From positions 2,566-66,565 of IMG/VR virus record IMGVR_UViG_3300047390_000093: a stretch of 64,000 nt of DNA; one strand, written 5' to 3'. The DNA is from a virus (lineage: Duplodnaviria; Caudoviricetes). The notes under the pieces were generated by a model that made no database searches, was not told the DNA's origin, and was given only the letters and a program-made list of their open reading frames with translations. This document shows positions 10,388 through 19,175 of this stretch, one piece after another; the stretch's first letter is position 1, and each line of letters begins with the position of its first letter. The position numbers and the translations under genes are program-made.

Positions 10388-13300
10388 TCCTCTTTATCTG
10401 ATCGCCTAGTAAATTCAATAGTGTAAATGCTGTTGCGCCAGCTATTGGACCTTTACCTGATTTACCTTTAGTTCCACTTTTAGGTGCTGGTGGACTTGCA
10501 GGTTTAGCTCCAGACGTTGCTGGTTTATAAATACCAACGACTTTCTTCGTAATTGTGTCAGCCCATGCTAAATCCTTATTCCATTGCTCTACGCTTCCAC
10601 CTAAACGTAGAAACTCTTTTTTCATAACCTCAAGGTTATGTTGTTCTCCAGCCTTAGCTTTAAACTGGTCTACGTTTTTAGGTATAACAATTGACAGTCC
10701 TATTTCTTTAAACCATGATTTCCATTCTTTTGGGTCTCGGCCATTTGATTGCGCCATTAACCTAAATATTTGCTCCATTGCAATTTTTGGATCTGTATCT
10801 TTAGGAATTTGCGCTACGACATCCTGTACTACTTGCCCAATAATTGCTTGATTAAGTGTTTGATTGTGCTGTTGAGCATTTGATTTTTTGCTTGTCGTGG
10901 CTAATAATGTCAACCCAGCTGGTAATGCAGTGCGTCGTATATTAACACCAGTTCTATTTTTTGTGTCTACCGTTAAATCTTTTGGTACAGTCGGGTCAAC
11001 TACTTCTTCCGGCTGTATTACAGCAGGAATCATTTTTGGTTTTCCGCCTGACATTACAGGAACCCATTCACCATTTACTTTTCTATAAACGCGACGGAGG
11101 CCAGACTTTACTTCCTCTGGGTCAACATCAAGTAAGACATCAATTGGCTTACCCTTAGTGTCTACAGCAGATAATTTAACTGTACGTTTAACTGGAGCAT
11201 CATCAGGTGGAGGTGTTGTGCCAGCACGTTTTGCTAATGCAGCATTAATCACCTTGCGCTTGCGCTCATCTGCAGCTAACTGCGCTGGAGTTCTATTACT
11301 TCGTGCAGCTGCAACAGATGCACCTTGTTGTCCAATTGGTGCTCTAAATTCAGCTGTTTCGTTATCTGGCATTGCATAACCAGCAGCTTCTAGTTTTTGT
11401 ACTGCTTTGTATAATTGAGTAAATAGAGTACGTTTTGCTGCACCATCTGTTTCATTTAGATACTTAGTTCGCAATGTATCTACTAATGCAAGTTCTCCAG
11501 ACTGTTTACCACCAAGTTTAATAGACTTAATGGCTTGGCTATTCTCATTAAAATTAATAAGATCTAACGACGTCTGCACTGCTGGCAAGAAACCACGGAC
11601 AACACGTTGTCGTCTGTCAGCCGCTGTTCCACGACCATCAGCAATTGTTACTCCAGCACCAGTTCGTTTTGTTGTGCTGTAATTACCCTCTTCTACATTA
11701 GTTTTAGCTGTTTCATCAGCAAAATCTTGTAAATCACCTATAAATTCAAAACCCGGTGCGCGTGACACTTCATCGTTATAAACAAGTGATGTTACGTATG
11801 CTTTTACATTCTTTCTAAATACTGCATCTAACTCTGGATCGACAACCGCATTTTCTAAAACCTTTTTAGTAATACGATCAACTTGTTCTGCTTGAGAATT
11901 TTTGGATTGTCCTTCATCCTCATACATTTTTAATGCAGAGCCAGTCACCGAATCCCACACATTAGCATTACGAGTTACAACAATGTCCGAAATACTACGC
12001 CTTGCAGTACGCTCATCCGACCTAATTGCACTATCAGACACAGAGTCACTTGTGCGTCGTGGGTCTGATGTAGCATTCATTGTTCCAGCTGCACGTCCAA
12101 CTGGGGTAAATTTAGCAGGATCAGAAACCTGTAGCCACATCTGTAATTGCGCACCCTGTGTGCGATTCAAATTTGTAGTAATAGTTTTTAATTGGTCTGG
12201 AGTTATACCTTGTTCTTTTAAGTTATCAATAACATCTTTGTCATTAGTACCTAAAATGCTTCTAGCAAAAGATTCGGCAGCTCCATCTAATTTAAGACCA
12301 GAATTTATTTGGCGATGTGTTGCCATAAACGTCTGGTATAAATATGTACCAGACAATCCATATCGTCCAGACGATGCTGCTTTTGACTTTTCGGTTGACA
12401 CACCTGTTGTGACTGCGACATCGTTAGCTGGTACTGATACAGTACGAGGCGTTCCGCCTTCTGCAGTTACTTCTGTATAACCTTCTTTAAAGTTGCTTCC
12501 ACGTAAACGTTTTGCTACTTCATCTGCAGCAAACTCCTTAAATCCGCCTGTTACTTTCTTGTCGCCCGACTCTACACCACCTGCTGCTTTTGCGTCAGTT
12601 AACCTAAACTGCCGTACATTAACAGTTCCATCTGCATTTACTTCATATGATCGCAAATGACGTTTGTCGATAATTGGCTGCCCATCCTGATCAACGTCAT
12701 ACATCATCACAGTCTTTGAAAACTTAGCTCCTTGCTGGATATCAATGCCTTCAAATAGCTTAGTGAAATCTGGTGCGCCGGACTTTTTATTTACCCACGC
12801 ATCAAGAAATGTAGATACCTGTTTAAACCTATTGTCGCCAGTTACTGCTAGTGGTTGCGAATATATCGGGACTCCGTTTTGCACACGAAATCCAACAGCT
12901 CCACCAGTTACACCAAGTGATTCACGAATTGCGTCAGCACCACGCACCATAGATGTAAATTGTTGTTGTGTTGCACGTAACGAATCGTATTGTTCTTGCG
13001 ATAATACTAATGGTAATTCACGCTTATTCTCCTTACCGGAGAAAACATACTTACCGTCTTTTTCTTCGTAGTTACGCAAACTTTCATCAAGTGATGTTTT
13101 TACACGCACAGCCATGTCGTATAACTGTTGGCTATTATCATCAATGTATGGCATGCCGTCAGAACCAATTGGCAGCTTAAACATCGATTGCATGTCTGCG
13201 GTTACATCAGCTGAAAATTTACCTTGATCTCCAGCAGTACTGTAACTTCGGTATCCACCCATTAATTTAGCAAAATCATCTGACGCACCAACTTTATCTT

Positions 13301-15746
13301 TTGATGCTTCAATAATTCCAAACTCGTATTTTTCAGCAGTGGGACCTAATGTGCTTTTAATTACAGATCTCTCAAGCATTGCTGCTGGATCACGCGACTC
13401 TGCTAGTTGATTTAAAATCTTTTGAATATCTTTGTTGTTTGACGCATCAAGAGATTCAGCTCCCATTACAGCTCCTGTAATAGGATTGATGGCTCGCTTT
13501 CCTTCAGCAACATTCAAAGTAAGTTTCATTCCCGGATGATTTGGAATGTCATAACTACGAATATATCCAGCGTTTTCATTCATTCCGCCAAATTGAACGG
13601 TCCCGCCAAAAAAAGGTAATCCAAATTTGAGTAATGTTTTATCTGCTCCGTTTTGTGCGAATACAGTGCCAAGCATTTGCACTGGAGTTAAATTAGTTTT
13701 AAGTGGTTCTTGATTACGTGTAATTTCTCCAATTACTTCTTGTCGCCGTAATTTTGCATCACGTAATTTAAGGTTTCCACCGAGGCCACTACTTACACCA
13801 ATAGCTCTTCCAGATTCGTATCCTTCAACTTCATCTGTTCCATACATCATCTGAAGTGCTGCAGTTGTGTGATATGGAGCAGCTAATTTTGCAGCCTTAA
13901 CCTTATCTCCTGAAGCCTCTGCTTGATCAGCAAGATCCATATCTCGCAAATACTCAGCCTCACGTCCTGCATAATTAGGTTGTGTAATCTGGGTTAGCGT
14001 AGATCTAACATCAAACTGCCCACCGAACGTTCTTGCAATACGTCCGTTTTCAATTTGATCCTGTAGGTTTTTTATAGATGCAATAGAATCTCCACCCATT
14101 AAACGTTGTGTTTCAAACAACAAGTCGTTTGCTAAGTTACTTCTAAGTGGATCAGAATCCATCCATCTAATTGCAGGTTCACCGGGATTAGCTGTAGTTA
14201 GCGGCGCTAATACTCGCAATGCTCTGTCTCTAGCAGACTTCATTGCTGGAGCCTCACCACTTGGCATGCGATTAATTACATTTTGCGCAACATTGTTTAA
14301 TGCAGTAGTCACAATTCCAGCCATTGATGCTGTTTTTATGGCAGTACGCGTTGCTTGCTGTTGCGTTGATGATCCAAAGAATTGACGTAAGCGACTTCCT
14401 TCTTCCGTCATAACAGGAAGTAATTCATCGAAAGAATTACGTGCATTAGACTCGGTCATACCCGGCATAGTAGAAAGATTTAAATATTCCACCGCAGACC
14501 GTAATGTTGTTTCATTGTGACCAGACTTACCAGATGCACCACGAGTAAAGTAATCCGTAAGTGCAACCATGCCTTGCTTAGCAACTTCTGCACGTTTTTT
14601 ATCTGGACCAGATGCAACTTGATCAAACACACGCAATGCTGCGTGGAATGGGTTCGACTCGTCATAGTCTTTTGACTGTAAAATTAATTTAGCAGCACGT
14701 GCTGGAGATACTCCTGCAACAATATTGTTTTCAAACTGTTTTGCCGAATTAATTATTGACACTTCTTTACCAGCTATACCGCCGATAAAATCATCTGCAT
14801 TTATATTTGTTTTTTGCCCAATTACATCAGTTGGGGCTTGTACATCAGCTCGCGGTAATGCGTCAGCTGTACGTGTTTCAATATTCTGAGTACGTGCATT
14901 TGGATCTGTCGCACTATCAGGTTTTGTCAGAAATTTCCCAAACATACCAGATGCTTTTACTGGTGCAGGTGCAACTGCTTCCGGGTCTGATGGCGTTCCG
15001 GTTTTGCCTTGACCAACATAGTCCGCTGCATTAGGTCGTGGGCCAAGCGGTATTGGCCGTTGCATATTGCCCGTAAGTTGAACACTAGGTTGCGATTCTC
15101 GACGTAATCGTTCCTTTTCCCATTGCGTAAAGTCTTTAGTATATAGATCTGCTTGACTTTGAGTTCGTTGTGCCTCGGCTTCTTCTTCTGGTGTCAATGT
15201 TGCTGGCTTACGAAACTCAACTCCTTCACCTCGTGTCCCAGCTTCCCCTCGCACCATACCGGGTTCACCAAGTCTAGTGCGCATACCCGGAGATAATGGG
15301 CCAACAATTGATTCAACCATGTCATACGTCAAAGGATAGTTTGACGATTGACCCTGCATTCTAGGTTGAGCTGAACGTGGACCATACACGTTTGCCAAAG
15401 GGGATGACTGACCGCCTAATAATGGCGTAGATAATTGCGTGGACTCTCCTCCAAGTAATGGAGATTGCTGTCCACTTAACAAGGAACTACCTTGTCCACG
15501 TAAACTATCTGACATAAATGGTGTTGATTCACCACGCATCATGGTGGATTTTTCTCCACCCAATAACTTTGATGCTTCACCAGTTAATGGCTTTTTGTCA
15601 GGTGTTCTAGAAAACTTGGCATTTGTATTGCCGGGATCTTTGGCCTCAGCTGCAGCTGCTGCTTTTGCACGTCCAGATTTTGGTGCAGCCTTTTTCTTAT
15701 CTTCTTCTTCGGCTGCAATCATTGCGTTGTATAGTGCTGAGGCCAT
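10359..15746 (-). CDS. very large hypothetical protein (1795 aa), possibly virion-internal
   Basis: Uninterrupted ORF with SD AGGT. Disordered P/G/Q-rich N-terminus, low-complexity basic C-terminus. Confidence 0.65.
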   Translation of the reverse strand: MASALYNAMIAAEEEDKKKAAPKSGRAKAAAAAEAKDPGNTNAKFSRTPDKKPLTGEASKLLGGEKSTMMRGESTPFMSDSLRGQGSSLLSGQQSPLLGGESTQLSTPLLGGQSSPLANVYGPRSAQPRMQGQSSNYPLTYDMVESIVGPLSPGMRTRLGEPGMVRGEAGTRGEGVEFRKPATLTPEEEAEAQRTQSQADLYTKDFTQWEKERLRRESQPSVQLTGNMQRPIPLGPRPNAADYVGQGKTGTPSDPEAVAPAPVKASGMFGKFLTKPDSATDPNARTQNIETRTADALPRADVQAPTDVIGQKTNINADDFIGGIAGKEVSIINSAKQFENNIVAGVSPARAAKLILQSKDYDESNPFHAALRVFDQVASGPDKKRAEVAKQGMVALTDYFTRGASGKSGHNETTLRSAVEYLNLSTMPGMTESNARNSFDELLPVMTEEGSRLRQFFGSSTQQQATRTAIKTASMAGIVTTALNNVAQNVINRMPSGEAPAMKSARDRALRVLAPLTTANPGEPAIRWMDSDPLRSNLANDLLFETQRLMGGDSIASIKNLQDQIENGRIARTFGGQFDVRSTLTQITQPNYAGREAEYLRDMDLADQAEASGDKVKAAKLAAPYHTTAALQMMYGTDEVEGYESGRAIGVSSGLGGNLKLRDAKLRRQEVIGEITRNQEPLKTNLTPVQMLGTVFAQNGADKTLLKFGLPFFGGTVQFGGMNENAGYIRSYDIPNHPGMKLTLNVAEGKRAINPITGAVMGAESLDASNNKDIQKILNQLAESRDPAAMLERSVIKSTLGPTAEKYEFGIIEASKDKVGASDDFAKLMGGYRSYSTAGDQGKFSADVTADMQSMFKLPIGSDGMPYIDDNSQQLYDMAVRVKTSLDESLRNYEEKDGKYVFSGKENKRELPLVLSQEQYDSLRATQQQFTSMVRGADAIRESLGVTGGAVGFRVQNGVPIYSQPLAVTGDNRFKQVSTFLDAWVNKKSGAPDFTKLFEGIDIQQGAKFSKTVMMYDVDQDGQPIIDKRHLRSYEVNADGTVNVRQFRLTDAKAAGGVESGDKKVTGGFKEFAADEVAKRLRGSNFKEGYTEVTAEGGTPRTVSVPANDVAVTTGVSTEKSKAASSGRYGLSGTYLYQTFMATHRQINSGLKLDGAAESFARSILGTNDKDVIDNLKEQGITPDQLKTITTNLNRTQGAQLQMWLQVSDPAKFTPVGRAAGTMNATSDPRRTSDSVSDSAIRSDERTARRSISDIVVTRNANVWDSVTGSALKMYEDEGQSKNSQAEQVDRITKKVLENAVVDPELDAVFRKNVKAYVTSLVYNDEVSRAPGFEFIGDLQDFADETAKTNVEEGNYSTTKRTGAGVTIADGRGTAADRRQRVVRGFLPAVQTSLDLINFNENSQAIKSIKLGGKQSGELALVDTLRTKYLNETDGAAKRTLFTQLYKAVQKLEAAGYAMPDNETAEFRAPIGQQGASVAAARSNRTPAQLAADERKRKVINAALAKRAGTTPPPDDAPVKRTVKLSAVDTKGKPIDVLLDVDPEEVKSGLRRVYRKVNGEWVPVMSGGKPKMIPAVIQPEEVVDPTVPKDLTVDTKNRTGVNIRRTALPAGLTLLATTSKKSNAQQHNQTLNQAIIGQVVQDVVAQIPKDTDPKIAMEQIFRLMAQSNGRDPKEWKSWFKEIGLSIVIPKNVDQFKAKAGEQHNLEVMKKEFLRLGGSVEQWNKDLAWADTITKKVVGIYKPATSGAKPASPPAPKSGTKGKSGKGPIAGATAFTLLNLLGDQIKRNEQNATGKK

Positions 15747-15753
15747 TTTTTAC

Positions 15754-16407
15754 CTACTTCTTCATTAATAGTTTTGTTATTTTTGCTGCGTTGGCTGGTG
15801 CAGCAGACTTAGCTGGAGCAGACTTAGCTGGAGCAGACTTAGCTGCTGGTGTTTTTGACTTTGCTGCTGTTGCTTGACCACGTTCGTTAAATTGACGACC
15901 CTGTTGTTGACCTACTCTAGCATCCATCATTCCGGCGTCAGCAAGGTTATTTGGCTTACCTTGACGCTCTAAAGATTTTGCTTGATTAACAGCAGCTTCA
16001 TTGCGTTGCATACTATCGTTCATCATTGTGCCAACGGCTGCAGCACCAGCTAATAAGCCACCAGTTTTTCCTGCGTTTATTAAACCGGCACGTCGTACAG
16101 CAACTGGATTTTTCTCAAAACTTTTTGGTGGTGCGGATGCTCGCCTATTAGTAAGTTGCTGACGCATTTTGCTAACTTGATTAGCAAGCCGCTGTGTTTC
16201 ATCACCACCTAATGCTTGCTTAACCACGCCATCATTTGCACCTAAAGTTTGTGCATTGCGACTATTTATACTAGTACTTACTGTAGGATCCATACCAAAT
16301 CGTCCACGTGAAAAACTTTTGTTTTTACGGACTGGCTTTTCCAAACGAGCACCAGATTTTCGACCTGCTGCTAATACTTTTCGGACTTCAGGAGTTTTAC
16401 GTGCCAT
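15754..16407 (-). CDS. basic low-complexity protein with histone H1-like PAKSA tail
   Basis: K/R/A-rich, C-terminal KSKTPAAKSAPAKSAPAKSAAPANAAK. Confidence 0.6.
   Translation of the reverse strand: MARKTPEVRKVLAAGRKSGARLEKPVRKNKSFSRGRFGMDPTVSTSINSRNAQTLGANDGVVKQALGGDETQRLANQVSKMRQQLTNRRASAPPKSFEKNPVAVRRAGLINAGKTGGLLAGAAAVGTMMNDSMQRNEAAVNQAKSLERQGKPNNLADAGMMDARVGQQQGRQFNERGQATAAKSKTPAAKSAPAKSAPAKSAAPANAAKITKLLMKK
15803..15845. repeat. 15-bp tandem repeat, about 2.9 copies (gcagacttagctgga)
   Basis: Seen directly. Encodes (P)AKSA repeats on the minus strand. Confidence 0.9.
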
Positions 16408-16409
16408 GA

Positions 16410-16616
16410 TTAATATCCTTTACATCCACAGTTAGATTTGCCGCATTTTGCGCATTTCTTTCCGCCACCATATTCGGATTTTTCATGTTTTGCCATCATC
16501 TTAGGTGATAAACCTTTTTTCCCGTATTCACGCTTATCCGTTGAAGCCATTGATTTACTCATGCCTTTATGAGGACCAGTTTTCATACCCATCATCTGGG
16601 ACATTGTTTTTCTCAT
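16410..16616 (-). CDS. small basic protein with C-terminal Cys cluster
   Basis: 68 aa, K/M/G-rich, ends CAKCGKSNCGC. Overlaps upstream stop (ATGA-type coupling). Confidence 0.65.
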   Translation of the reverse strand: MRKTMSQMMGMKTGPHKGMSKSMASTDKREYGKKGLSPKMMAKHEKSEYGGGKKCAKCGKSNCGCKGY

Positions 16617-16864
16617 TTACAGTTCCACGCTCTCAATGATTTATTAATCCTGCTGTTAGGATCATTAGCAGTCTTAGATGATGTTAGTTTTGATTTCATC
16701 CCAGACATTCGGGCACAAAAAGAGGCACGACGACCTGCGTCTGCCTTTGTTTTAGGCTGAGGTGCTGGTGGCTTTAAATTTGCTCCAGTTGTGCGTTTAT
16801 AATGTGCACGACCAGCAGCATTTAATCCACCGGAAGGGTTTTGATACTTCTTTACGACTCCCAT
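16613..16864 (-). CDS. small basic phage protein (DUF6321-like)
   Basis: KNPxGGLNAAGR...RRASFCARM...SRINKSLRAWNC pattern recalled for this phage family. SD GAGGTG. Confidence 0.65.
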   Translation of the reverse strand: MGVVKKYQNPSGGLNAAGRAHYKRTTGANLKPPAPQPKTKADAGRRASFCARMSGMKSKLTSSKTANDPNSRINKSLRAWNCK

Positions 16865-16880
16865 TAGTTCACCTCATTGC

Positions 16881-16886
16881 ATTATA
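16881..16886 (-). promoter_or_regulatory. -10 box TATAAT immediately after terminator U-tract
   Basis: Minus strand reads ...GGGTCTTTTTTATG-TATAAT-GCAATGAGGTGAACTAATG. No clear -35. Confidence 0.5.
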
Positions 16887-16889
16887 CAT

Positions 16890-16913
16890 AAAAAAGACCC
16901 GCATAAGCGGGTC
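16890..16913 (-). terminator. intrinsic terminator after ssb
   Basis: GACCCGC-TTAT-GCGGGTC followed by T6. Confidence 0.8.
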
Positions 16914-16919
16914 ATTGCA

Positions 16920-17309
16920 CTAGTCTGCAAATGGATCATCAATGTCATCAACCTTTAAACTTCCAGCTGGTTTTGGATTGGGTGGTTGACTCTCAGTTTC
17001 TTTCCTTGAATCTAGCAATTGCCAGTTGTCTACAATAATTTTAACTGTCTGTTGCTTTGCGCCTTCTTTGTTTACGAATTGTTCAAGTTGAATTTTTCCA
17101 ACTATACCGATTAGTCGCCCTTTTTGTGCGTATTCTGCAAGAGCTTCACCCTGTTGTCCAAACGCAGTGCAATTAAAAAAGTCTGTTTCTTTTTCTCTAC
17201 CCTTACGATCAACTGCTACGCGTACATTCGTAACAGATTTACCGTTAGGTGTCTGCCTAGACTCTGGGTCGGCTACTAAACGCCCAACAATTGTGCACTG
17301 ATTAATCAT
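16920..17309 (-). CDS. ssb: single-stranded DNA-binding protein
   Basis: NQCTIVGRLVADPE, KGRLIGIVGKI OB-fold motifs and acidic DDIDDPFAD tail. Confidence 0.95.
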   Translation of the reverse strand: MINQCTIVGRLVADPESRQTPNGKSVTNVRVAVDRKGREKETDFFNCTAFGQQGEALAEYAQKGRLIGIVGKIQLEQFVNKEGAKQQTVKIIVDNWQLLDSRKETESQPPNPKPAGSLKVDDIDDPFAD

Positions 17310-17949
17310 TCTTTTCCCCTAAATGGTATTTTTCAAACGCCTGAGTAGTATTTGGAAGTACTTTACATAGAACATTCCAACAATCTGTAGCAATTTCACG
17401 GTGTTCTTGTTGAGTATGGCTGTCCATTCTGACCCTACAATAATGAAGCCAATCTCGAACAGTGCCTTTCATGTACATCCTTGTGCCAACACACATCGGA
17501 AGTACCATTCTTGCTGATTCTAAAGCAACTCCAGACTTAACTAAATCGTCATATGCCCGAATTGCCACTAAGATTGGCGCAAGAGCTTTGTTGTCCATCT
17601 GGAATTGCGTCTCTTGATCCTCAAAAAGCAAACTACTTTGACGATTGGTGCTACCTTTACGTCGCATAGCAGGAAGATCTAATTCAATCTTGCTTGGGTT
17701 GGCATAGCGTTGACTAAATTCTTGGAAGTGAAAGCTTCTGTGACGCAGTATTTGTGCTGCAATAGCCCTAGATGTATAGATTTCCATGACAACATCAGCC
17801 ATTTGGAACACAGACCAGTGCTCTTTACGCATGCAGTAGTTTAATAACTTGATGTAATCTGGATTATCTTCGTTATCTGATGAAACACGGGCAAGGTGAA
17901 TTATAAACTCTTCTGCGTCTGGCTGAATATATTTGAGTGTTGCTGCCAT
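17302..17949 (-). CDS. thyX: flavin-dependent thymidylate synthase
   Basis: HWSVFQ, RHRSFHFQEFSQRY ThyX motif, ESARMVLP, R...HTQQEHR. Start moved to ATG 17949 (MAATLKY) behind SD GGAGG; the longer ORF-track start lies inside the tRNA. Confidence 0.95.
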   Translation of the reverse strand: MAATLKYIQPDAEEFIIHLARVSSDNEDNPDYIKLLNYCMRKEHWSVFQMADVVMEIYTSRAIAAQILRHRSFHFQEFSQRYANPSKIELDLPAMRRKGSTNRQSSLLFEDQETQFQMDNKALAPILVAIRAYDDLVKSGVALESARMVLPMCVGTRMYMKGTVRDWLHYCRVRMDSHTQQEHREIATDCWNVLCKVLPNTTQAFEKYHLGEKND

Positions 17950-17959
17950 CTTTCCTCCA

Positions 17960-18040
17960 TGCCCCAGACGGGACTCGAACCCGTACACCTTGCGGTAACA
18001 AATTTTAAGTCTGTCGTGTCTACCGTTCCACCACCGGGGC
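17960..18040 (-). tRNA. trnL: tRNA-Leu (UAA), no encoded CCA
   Basis: GCCCCGG/CTGGGGC acceptor stem, ACAGA-CT-TAA-AA-TTTGT anticodon arm, long variable arm, GGTTCGAGTCC T-arm. Confidence 0.93.
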
Positions 18041-18049
18041 TAATGGTGC

Positions 18050-18058
18050 ATTGTACCA
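18050..18058 (-). promoter_or_regulatory. extended -10 promoter (TG-G-TACAAT) for tRNA-Leu-thyX-ssb
   Basis: Lies 9 nt upstream of the tRNA 5' end. Confidence 0.55.
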
Positions 18059-18065
18059 CCAAGTA

Positions 18066-18305
18066 TTACGTGGAGTCTGGTTCATCTTTATCAGTAATTG
18101 AAACAACTTCTACTCCGGGTAGTTCTGATAGTTGCCACATAATAAAATAATTTTTAAACTGTTCGTCTGTGACTGTTTCAGGATCAATGTCATTGTCTTC
18201 CATCCACGCATACAGCTTGTTGTATTTAATGTACTTAGATACAGACTCCACAATAATGTATAGGATTGCCGATGCTATAACTCCATAAAGGAATCCTGCT
18301 ATCAT
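18066..18305 (-). CDS. small protein with N-terminal TM helix
   Basis: MIAGFLYGVIASAILYIIV hydrophobic start, acidic C-terminus, coupled to upstream gene. Confidence 0.65.
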   Translation of the reverse strand: MIAGFLYGVIASAILYIIVESVSKYIKYNKLYAWMEDNDIDPETVTDEQFKNYFIMWQLSELPGVEVVSITDKDEPDST

Positions 18306-18685
18306 TCGGTCACCACTGCTGTAGCTTTAACAATTTTTCGTTTTGTGCCACCTGTATAGGCGTGTGTCCCAAGAGTATTCATTATCTCTGTGTTTAACGC
18401 TGATGGAGATTTATCCGTCTTTACAGATACTAATCGTCTTCCGTATTTATCTGATTTTTGAAGTACCGTAATAATGAATCGTTCGGCTGTATTTTGCCTT
18501 GAGGCAAACCATTCTTTTGCTGCTTGCGTAGCTGCTTTACCTTCGGCAGTGTTCTTTTCTGGTGTATCCACACCAAACAGGCGACAGTGCTGATCCATAA
18601 GCCAGATACCAAAGCCAAGATCAATATCACAAACAAAGGTGTCACCATCAATAAGTCTTTTGAATCTAATGTTGTACTCATACAT
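18302..18685 (-). CDS. thermonuclease (SNase-like) family protein
   Basis: IDGDT, DLGF, RLFGVDTPE, DKYGRRL SNase motifs. Confidence 0.88.
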   Translation of the reverse strand: MYEYNIRFKRLIDGDTFVCDIDLGFGIWLMDQHCRLFGVDTPEKNTAEGKAATQAAKEWFASRQNTAERFIITVLQKSDKYGRRLVSVKTDKSPSALNTEIMNTLGTHAYTGGTKRKIVKATAVVTE

Positions 18686-19071
18686 TATCGATGCCTTGCT
18701 GCTTTCTGAGCTACGGTACGTGGCTGTGCTACAAACTGCTTACCTGCTTTATTTCCAGCTGCCTTTGCCCTATTAGTAGAAGCTATTTCACTCTTACTTA
18801 ATGCACCCCACGCCTTATCTGGCAGGTAGCGCTTCTTGCCTTCGCTTGGTTTGCCATCACTAGTACGCCATTTCTGATCAGTCCATTTAGATAGACTATT
18901 GTCACTACTTTTTGGTCCTACATATGATCCACCAGAGGACTTATACTGTTGCGTTGCAAGCTGGGCTTTACGTGCTGACCATTCGCCGGGATCTCCGCCC
19001 TTAGTACCAGCTTTAACACTAGCAACAATTCGCTTCCATTTAGATGGATCCTTTTTAATTGCACTTGCCAT
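18685..19071 (-). CDS. basic phage protein (DUF5872-like)
   Basis: GEWSARKAQLA...GGSY, SLSKWTDQKW, RYLPDKAW pattern. Start taken at ATG 19071 (MASAIKK). Confidence 0.65.
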   Translation of the reverse strand: MASAIKKDPSKWKRIVASVKAGTKGGDPGEWSARKAQLATQQYKSSGGSYVGPKSSDNSLSKWTDQKWRTSDGKPSEGKKRYLPDKAWGALSKSEIASTNRAKAAGNKAGKQFVAQPRTVAQKAARHR

Positions 19072-19077
19072 GAACTC

Positions 19078-19083
19078 AGTATA
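19078..19083 (-). promoter_or_regulatory. -10 box TATACT, probably producing a leaderless mRNA
   Basis: TATACT-GAGTTC-ATG: 6-nt gap to the start codon, no usable SD. Confidence 0.5.
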
Positions 19084-19088
19084 CAAAC

Positions 19089-19115
19089 AAAAACCACCCA
19101 TTTGCGGTGGTTTTT
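19089..19115. terminator. bidirectional-type intrinsic terminator
   Basis: AAAAACCACC-N7-GGTGGTTTTT perfect inverted repeat with A and T tracts. Confidence 0.75.
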
Positions 19116-19175
19116 GCCTAATCCAGCACAGGTCTTTCTCTGTTAAATTCCCTTTCGGGTACTCATATTATAAGT

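Noticed and set aside
7-16760. Plus-strand ORFs opposite the late genes (e.g. 7..345, 1840..2214, 11902..12480) and similar ones at 38868-62215
   Set aside because: Antisense shadows of real genes with no SD or motifs; expected where the sense strand is poor in TTA/CTA/TCA codons.
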